The notes beneath the pieces are model-generated. The model was not told the origin of the DNA. It worked only from the letters and a program-made list of their open reading frames with translations, and searched no databases. From Patescibacteria group bacterium (GTDB lineage Bacteria > Patescibacteriota > Microgenomatia > Levybacterales > UBA12049), in the NCBI GenBank assembly GCA_038064195.1, contig JBBTTO010000002.1, positions 269,356 to 333,355 on the forward strand: a DNA stretch of 64,000 nt. Direction: 5' to 3'. The position numbers and the translations under genes were made by a program. Below, piece by piece: positions 57,704 through 64,000 of the stretch; within the stretch, counting starts at the first letter, position 1; the number at the start of each line of letters is the position of its first letter.

Positions 57704-57771
57704 AATATTTGCATAGTGCAAAGCGCGTAGCGCAGAGCGAAAGACCACGCTTTGCTCTTTGCGCTTAGCGA

Positions 57772-59679
57772 TTAACCAACGATTCCATAAAGGCGTTTCA
57801 GGCCTTTACCAAGGTTATCCTGTTTTATTATCTTAAACGATTTCAGCTCGCCTGTAAAATCGACATGCGGTCCGCCGCAAAACTCAATTGAATAAGGCTT
57901 GTCATTACTTCCTTCTTTAGGGCCGATAAAGTAGATTTTGGATTTTTCACCATAGGTATCCATGAAGAGTCCGATAGCTCCCATATCATGCGCTTCTTTG
58001 GTCGGGATGAGTTCAAAATGGACTGGGAGATTGGCCTTAATTTTCTCATTGACGATAGCTTCGACCTGCTTTATCTCCTCCTCAGTCAATTTGCGATCGA
58101 AGTTGAAGTCAAAGCGTACACGCTCAGATGTAATGTTAGACCCACTCTGATGGACATGACTGCCCAGGACATCACGTAGCGCCTGGTGGAGGAGGTGAGT
58201 GGCAGTGTGGCCCATGATAGTTGCTTCCGATTGATCAGCCAGTCCTCCCTTGAACATGCCGCTACTTGCGGTCTTTGAAAGCTCTTTATGTTTGCTGTAC
58301 TCAGCGTTAAATTCTTCAAAACTTACCGATTTACCTTTTTGCTTGACGAGCTCCTCAGTAATCTCAAATGGAAATCCATATGTCTGAAAAAGATCAAATG
58401 CCACCTTACCTGAGATACTTTCTGTTTTTTCCAGGATTTTCAAACCCATATCTAAGCTTTTGGCAAATTTACTGAGTTCTTCATCAAGGAGCGGGGAGAT
58501 ATGCTCACGCTCTTTGTCCTGATTGATTCGTTCATCAAGTCTTACTTCAGTCTCTAAAACTGCATCAATAATTGTTTGAAAGGCCGAGACAGGAGGGAGT
58601 GACCCTTTAAGTTGATGCATTTTGACGGCTGCCCGGCGGAGCAAACGCCTTAGTACATAGCCTTGTTCCTTATTGGAAGGCACGACTCCATCAATCATCA
58701 GGAATGTAGCAGCTTTGAGATGATCGGCGATAACGCGCATATGGGCTTGAACCTTATGATCAGCATAAGATTTACCAGTGACTTCCTCAATCGTGGCAAC
58801 TATATTACTATAGAGATCGGTCGTAAAGACATCCGGATTGTGATTTTTGGCAGCAGCCAGGCGTTCCAGTCCCCCACCAAAGTCCACATTTTTTTGCGGT
58901 AACTCCTTAAACGAACCATCAGACTGTTTTTGGTACTGCATGAAAACTGAATTACCGATCTCCATGAACCTGCCACAATCACAGTTGGGATGGCAGTGTT
59001 CACCAAATGCCTCATCATGGGGAGTACCGAAGTCATAAAAAACTTCAGAATCAGGGCCGCCCGGTTCGCCAACAGGCATATTGTCAGGTACGCCTGACCT
59101 GCTCCACCAGTTTTTAGTAACACCATAAGTAAAGATACGGCCGTCCTGCATACCATTGCTTTCTGCGTCATCAATTACTTCTGCTGTTATTTCCTGCTCA
59201 TTAAAAAGATTTTTCCAGATCCTGATGCTTTCTTCGTCCCTTGGCACCTGATCATTACCGGCAAAGACTGTCACATACAGGCGCTGCGGGTCCAGACCAA
59301 GACCTTTTTCATTGTCGGTTAAGAACTCAAAGAACCAGGGGAGTTGCTTTTCTTTAAAGTACCCGCCTGCATCGCTATGCGAAGCATTGCGGGCAGGGTC
59401 TCCCAGACTCCAGTTCCCAAGCATGCGGAAAAATGTAGTATGGCGATTGTCGCCGACTTCTTCTATATCCTGGGAGCGAATACAATTTTGGACATTGACA
59501 AGACGATTACCCGCAGGGTGAACCTCTCCCAAAAGATAAGGAATAAGGGCCTGCATGCCACTACTGGTAAAAAGAGTTGTTGGGTCGTTGACTAAAACAA
59601 GCGGGGAATTGGCTATGCGGTGGTGGCCTTTTTCTTCAAAAAAAGTAATGTAGCGATTTAAAATTTGTTCAGCTTTCAT
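57772..59679 (-). CDS. alaS: Alanine--tRNA ligase (no C-Ala domain)
   Basis: DPTTLFTSSGM, HTTFFRMLGNWS, DFGGGLER, HTATHLLH and EFCGGPHV motifs. Start set at ATG 59679. Confidence 0.96.
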   Translation of the reverse strand: MKAEQILNRYITFFEEKGHHRIANSPLVLVNDPTTLFTSSGMQALIPYLLGEVHPAGNRLVNVQNCIRSQDIEEVGDNRHTTFFRMLGNWSLGDPARNASHSDAGGYFKEKQLPWFFEFLTDNEKGLGLDPQRLYVTVFAGNDQVPRDEESIRIWKNLFNEQEITAEVIDDAESNGMQDGRIFTYGVTKNWWSRSGVPDNMPVGEPGGPDSEVFYDFGTPHDEAFGEHCHPNCDCGRFMEIGNSVFMQYQKQSDGSFKELPQKNVDFGGGLERLAAAKNHNPDVFTTDLYSNIVATIEEVTGKSYADHKVQAHMRVIADHLKAATFLMIDGVVPSNKEQGYVLRRLLRRAAVKMHQLKGSLPPVSAFQTIIDAVLETEVRLDERINQDKEREHISPLLDEELSKFAKSLDMGLKILEKTESISGKVAFDLFQTYGFPFEITEELVKQKGKSVSFEEFNAEYSKHKELSKTASSGMFKGGLADQSEATIMGHTATHLLHQALRDVLGSHVHQSGSNITSERVRFDFNFDRKLTEEEIKQVEAIVNEKIKANLPVHFELIPTKEAHDMGAIGLFMDTYGEKSKIYFIGPKEGSNDKPYSIEFCGGPHVDFTGELKSFKIIKQDNLGKGLKRLYGIVG

Positions 59680-59719
59680 CGTGCGTATTATTATAGCACG
59701 AGAGTCAGGTTTTAGGGCA

Positions 59720-59808
59720 TGGGTGTAGCAGCCAGTAAAGGTTAAAGGCATAGTTGTTGGGCTTTTTCCTTTCAACTACACCTTCACCGGAAGCCATAAC
59801 CAAACCCT
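59720..59808 (-). repeat. ~90-nt imperfect hairpin element, copy 2
   Basis: Homologous to 1510..1604; CCGGTGAAGG/CCTTTACTGG and GTAGTTG/CAACTAT stems with G-U pairs on the - strand. Confidence 0.75.
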
Positions 59809-59823
59809 TGCTTGTTTAGCCTC

Positions 59824-59852
59824 TTGACAGCCTTAGCTACCTATGATATAAA
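59824..59852 (+). promoter_or_regulatory. Sigma70-type promoter for rpoBC
   Basis: TTGACA(59824-29)-17-TATAAA(59847-52) with a TGn extension. Confidence 0.75.
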
Positions 59853-59942
59853 AGACAAAGTAAATCCCGTTTGAAGATGCAAGGGTATCCCCTCTGCGTC
59901 TTTTGTTTGTTTATTTTAGCTGCCCTGCTGTAAGAGAGTCCG

Positions 59943-62900
59943 ATGCCTAAAAATAGTAAAGAAACCAACATTATACGCCACAACTGGGGCAAGCAATACA
60001 CCACATTGCCTGAGCTAGATCTCCTTGCAGTTCAACGTGCCTCATATCAAAGTTTTCTTGATAAGCAGATCGGCGACATCCTCCAGGAAATTTCCCCTAT
60101 TGATGATTTTACCGGTAAGAACTGGAGTCTGGCTTTCCGCGAATACCGTATGGGACAGCCCACCAATACCCCTGAGATCGCGCTTACTAAAGGCCTCACT
60201 TTCGATTCCCCCCTCTACGTCAAAGTAACACTCACCAATCTTCGCACCAACGCTACCCATGATGCAGAAGTCTTTTTGGGAGATATTCCTCAGATGACTG
60301 ATCGCGGGACCTTTATCGTCAACGGTATTGAGCGTGCAGTCGTCAGTCAGATTGTAAGATCTCCCGGTGTTTTCTTCACTGCGACTCATGATCCTGCCAC
60401 AGGCAAGACTATCTATTCAGCTGAAATTCGTCCGACACACGGCTCATGGCTGGAATTCTCAACTACCCGCTACGGCACTATCACAGTCAAGATCGATCGT
60501 CGTCGTAAGTTCTTAGCAACGACCTTCCTGCGAGCTATCGGTATTTCAGCCAATGAAACTATCAAAGAGCGTCTCGCTAACAGTGAGTCAGGTGAGACTG
60601 ATCCGCTCATTGAAGCCACTTTGCAAAAAGACGAGACAGGTTCAGAGACTGAGGCAGTTATTGAGATCTTCAAGAAAATGCATCCGGGAGAGCCTATCGT
60701 TTATGACAAAGTTCGCGAGAATTTCATGAATCTCTTCTTCAATAATCGCCGCTATGATCTTGGTGCTGTCGGTCGCTATAAAATGAATAAAAAGCTTTCA
60801 GAAATTGAAGGCTTTAGGTCAACAGAAGAGCGCGTTTTGACAGTTGAGGACATTGTGGCAGCTATCAGTTACCTGATCCAGTTAAATCATGGAAAAGGCA
60901 TGGTTGATGATATTGATAGTTTGGCAAATCGTCGTATCAGAAGTGTCGGTGAGCTGGTCGCAACGAATGCTTTCCGTGTCGGATGTCTGAGGCTTGAGCG
61001 CTCAATTAAAGAGCGTATGAGTCTTATGCAGCCTGATTTGCCGATATCTGTTGCCAACCTTATTAATGCCCGCCCGATCATGGCAGCGATTAACGAATTC
61101 TTCCGCACCTCTCAGCTTTCAACTATCCTTGACCAGACCAATCCACTTTCAGAAATTGACAACCTTAACCGTCTGACGGTCATGGGAGCCGGCGGTATCT
61201 CACGGGAACGTGCAGCCTTCTCAATCCGTGATATTAACAGTTCACAGTATGGCCGTATTGATCCTATCCGCAGTCCTGAAGGACCGAATATCGGCCTGGT
61301 CACCTATATGGCTCTCTATTCTCATGTTAATGGTTATGGCTTTTTAGAGGCTCCTTATCGTAAAGTCGTCAAGGAATCCCGTGGGGGTAAGACTAAGGTC
61401 CGTGTTACTGATGAGATTGAGTATCTGGATGCGGATGATGAGCGGGTAAAATATATTACCCATGCCTCACTCGCTATCAGTGATGAGGGAGAGATCATGG
61501 ACGCGCGCGTCCCTGTCCGTTACAAAGGTGAATTTATCGAGGTAGATCGTGATAAGGTAGATTATATTGATGTCGTACCTCGTCAGGTAGTCGGAACCAG
61601 TGCCTCACTTATCCCCTTTGTCGCTCATGATGAGGCTAACCGCGCGCTGATGGGAACTCACATGCAGTGTCAGGCTGTGCCTCTTGTTAAGCCTGACAGC
61701 CCGATTGTCGGAACGGGTATGGAATCAGTTGTGTCTGAGGTCATGAATCGGGTGGTCAAGGCTCCCTTTGACGGCAAAGTTACCTTGGTTGATGCCAATA
61801 AAGTTATTCTGGAAGGTAAGAAAAATGAAAAAGCAAGTTTTGCTATCAGTTCATTCAGACGTACATCTAACGCTACTTCATACACCCAGCGTGCAGTCGT
61901 TTCTGACGGAGATATCGTTAAAAAGGGTGATCTGTTAATTGACGGACCATCATCTCAGAATGGAGAACTCGCATTAGGTCAGAATCTGCTCATTGCCTAT
62001 GCCTCACTTGACGGTCTTGGCTATGAGGACGCTATCGTGATCTCAGATCGCCTTGTGAAAGAGGATATCCTTTCAAGTATTCATATTGAAAAATATGAAG
62101 CCGCAGTTGTGGAGACCAAGCTCGGGCCTGAGGAGATAACACCTGATATCCCCAATGTCAGTGAGGAAGAACTGGCACACCTTGACGCTGAGGGTATTAT
62201 CGTCGTCGGATCTGAAGTAAGTCCTGGTGATATCCTAGTCGGTAAGATCGCACCAAAAGGTGAGACTGAGCTTACGGCTGAGGAGAGATTGCTTCGGGCA
62301 ATTTTTGGTGAACAGGCCCGTGAAGTTCGTGATACCTCTTTGAGAATGCCGCACGGAGAGCGCGGAACAGTCATCAGTGTTCAGATTTTGGATCGTAAAA
62401 AAGGTGATGAACTCGAGCCCGGTACACTCAAGAAAATCCTCGTTGAAGTTGCTCAGTTCCGTCACGTAGTAGTCGGAGATAAGTTAGCAGGCCGTCATGG
62501 TAACAAAGGGATTATTTCACGCATTTTACCGGCTGCCGACATGCCTCATTTGGAAGACGGAACACCTGTTGATATCATCATCTCTCCGATGTCTATCCTT
62601 GCCCGTATGAATTTGGGTCAGATCTTAGAAGCGCATCTCGGCTTTGCGGCTCAGAAATTGGGCATGAAAATCGGAGTACCGGTTTTTGAGTCAATCCATG
62701 AGGATCGAATTGTCGACCTTCTCAAGCAGGCGGGGCTGCCGGTGAACGGGAAAGTACAGCTTTTTGACGGTCGTACCGGTATGGCTTATGAGAATACGGT
62801 AGTAGTCGGTATTGAATACATGATGAAGCTGATTCATATGGTTGAGGATAAGACCCATGCCCGCTCGACAGGTCCTTACTCACTTGTCACCCAACAGCCA

Positions 62901-63362
62901 CTCGGTGGAAAAGCGCAAATGGGAGGTCAGAGGTTAGGTGAAATGGAAGTCTGGGCTTTGGAGTCACATCGTGCGCGACATATCCTGCAGGAAATGTTGA
63001 CTATCAAAGCTGATGATGTCATCGGTCGGGCTAAAGCATTTGAGGCAATCGTTAAGGGTACCGATATCCCGACACCGAAAGTTCCTGAATCATTTAAGGT
63101 GCTTATCAAAGAACTTCAGTCTCTCGGACTCAATGTTGTACCGGTTGGGGCTACCGTCTATAATGAGGTCTCGGAAAATAAAGACGATATAGCCAGTGAA
63201 GAGGTCAAAAAAGAGGTTGCTGAATTGAAAGAAGAATTAGAGGCAGACAAAGAAGTCATGGAGCCGGTTGAGGCAGCAGCTACAGGCCTTGAAATAGCTG
63301 ACAGCGGCGTTGATGTGGCAACGCCTGAAGCAATGGTTGCAGAAGGAGCAAATAATGAATAA
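59943..63362 (+). CDS. rpoB: RNA polymerase beta subunit
   Basis: [41 protein letters not shown] and GGQRLGEME motifs. Confidence 0.99.
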   Translation: MPKNSKETNIIRHNWGKQYTTLPELDLLAVQRASYQSFLDKQIGDILQEISPIDDFTGKNWSLAFREYRMGQPTNTPEIALTKGLTFDSPLYVKVTLTNLRTNATHDAEVFLGDIPQMTDRGTFIVNGIERAVVSQIVRSPGVFFTATHDPATGKTIYSAEIRPTHGSWLEFSTTRYGTITVKIDRRRKFLATTFLRAIGISANETIKERLANSESGETDPLIEATLQKDETGSETEAVIEIFKKMHPGEPIVYDKVRENFMNLFFNNRRYDLGAVGRYKMNKKLSEIEGFRSTEERVLTVEDIVAAISYLIQLNHGKGMVDDIDSLANRRIRSVGELVATNAFRVGCLRLERSIKERMSLMQPDLPISVANLINARPIMAAINEFFRTSQLSTILDQTNPLSEIDNLNRLTVMGAGGISRERAAFSIRDINSSQYGRIDPIRSPEGPNIGLVTYMALYSHVNGYGFLEAPYRKVVKESRGGKTKVRVTDEIEYLDADDERVKYITHASLAISDEGEIMDARVPVRYKGEFIEVDRDKVDYIDVVPRQVVGTSASLIPFVAHDEANRALMGTHMQCQAVPLVKPDSPIVGTGMESVVSEVMNRVVKAPFDGKVTLVDANKVILEGKKNEKASFAISSFRRTSNATSYTQRAVVSDGDIVKKGDLLIDGPSSQNGELALGQNLLIAYASLDGLGYEDAIVISDRLVKEDILSSIHIEKYEAAVVETKLGPEEITPDIPNVSEEELAHLDAEGIIVVGSEVSPGDILVGKIAPKGETELTAEERLLRAIFGEQAREVRDTSLRMPHGERGTVISVQILDRKKGDELEPGTLKKILVEVAQFRHVVVGDKLAGRHGNKGIISRILPAADMPHLEDGTPVDIIISPMSILARMNLGQILEAHLGFAAQKLGMKIGVPVFESIHEDRIVDLLKQAGLPVNGKVQLFDGRTGMAYENTVVVGIEYMMKLIHMVEDKTHARSTGPYSLVTQQPLGGKAQMGGQRLGEMEVWALESHRARHILQEMLTIKADDVIGRAKAFEAIVKGTDIPTPKVPESFKVLIKELQSLGLNVVPVGATVYNEVSENKDDIASEEVKKEVAELKEELEADKEVMEPVEAAATGLEIADSGVDVATPEAMVAEGANNE

Positions 63363-63378
63363 TAACGGTAAAAAACAT

Positions 63379-64000
63379 ATGCGTGATTTAACAATTACTG
63401 ACTTTAAGGCACTCAAGTTACTGCTGGCAAGTAAGAGTGATATTCAGGACTGGTCTTATGGTGAGATCACTAAGCCTGAGACGATCAACTATCGTACCCT
63501 TCGCCCTGAGAAGGACGGTCTTTTTGATGAGCGAATTTTTGGCCCAACGAAGGACTGGGAATGCTATTGCGGAAAGTATAAGAGGATTCGCTATCGGGGC
63601 ATTATTTGTGACAAGTGCGGCGTTGAAGTGACTCTTTCAAGAGTTCGACGTGAGCGTCTCGGTCATATCAATCTTGCCTCCCCTGTCTCACATGTCTGGT
63701 ACTTCAAAGGCGCGTCCAGCGCGATGTCCCTTCTTTTGGATATCCCGCAGAAGAATCTGGAGTCAGTTATCTACTATGCTTCGTACTTAGTAGTCGGAGT
63801 TGACGAACAGAAGAAAAAAGATGCTATGGATGTCCTCATGGAGAATATCGATAAACGTAAGAATTTACTTAAAGAGAAGATGCAGACTGAAGAGTCTGAG
63901 ATTAAAGATGAAGCCAAAGACAAGAAAGAAGATACACAGGGGTTAAAAAGAGAACAAAAGCAGCTTATCTCAGATGAGTTAAATCTGGCAAAGCGTCAGC
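63379..64000 (+). CDS. rpoC: RNA polymerase beta' subunit, 5' part (runs off window)
   Basis: Manual translation reads [44 protein letters not shown]. An alternative in-frame ATG lies at 63355. Confidence 0.97.
   Translation, partial: MRDLTITDFKALKLLLASKSDIQDWSYGEITKPETINYRTLRPEKDGLFDERIFGPTKDWECYCGKYKRIRYRGIICDKCGVEVTLSRVRRERLGHINLASPVSHVWYFKGASSAMSLLLDIPQKNLESVIYYASYLVVGVDEQKKKDAMDVLMENIDKRKNLLKEKMQTEESEIKDEAKDKKEDTQGLKREQKQLISDELNLAKRQ

Noticed and set aside
59680-59775. Long N-terminal extensions in the ORF track (alaS, hrcA, mltG, sortase, NUDIX, ftsK, 57748, 33217)
   Set aside because: They run through promoters, repeats or neighbouring genes; downstream ATGs fit family starts and promoter positions better.
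429-63631. Many 60-220 aa ORFs antisense to or nested within recognised genes (e.g. 50841..51497 -, 48396..48923 -, 30150..30695 +, 40216..40728 -)
   Set aside because: They overlap well-supported genes, carry no motifs and look like shadow frames.
1-64000. CRISPR array, rRNA or tRNA genes
   Set aside because: Intergenic gaps are short (about 200 nt or less) and show no repeat-spacer periodicity or RNA-gene signatures by eye.

Overview
A gene-dense chromosomal window, inferred to come from a Patescibacteria/CPR (Microgenomates-like) bacterium. The inference rests on class I LysRS, short IF2, AlaRS lacking C-Ala, a VirB2-like pilin, a baseplate-J-like protein, an AMP-phosphorylase homolog and few Shine-Dalgarno sites. 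Housekeeping genes include rmuC, tsaD, greA, murB, lysS, tatD, metG, hrcA-grpE-dnaK-dnaJ (with a CIRCE-like operator), nusA-infB, rpsO-pnp, rnj, ftsK, mltG, alaS, rpoB and the start of rpoC, plus a surface-glycosylation cluster. No rRNA, tRNA, CRISPR array or transposase was recognised. Most notable: (1) a locus of a VirB2-like pilin, a 1607-aa VirB6-like membrane protein with a nested triple-repeat tail, two atypical Clp/Hsp100 ATPases (one apparently membrane-anchored with a dead first ring) and a vWA protein; (2) an unannotated Lys-Lys leader peptide with complete protector/antiterminator/terminator pairings ahead of lysS; (3) two diverged copies of a ~90-nt hairpin element 58 kb apart; (4) many short palindromic and heptamer repeats, several inserted in frame in conserved genes (alaS, rnj, tsaD, dnaK, clp) and one pair bracketing an accessory gene. 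All calls are from reading motifs by eye; no database searches were run.
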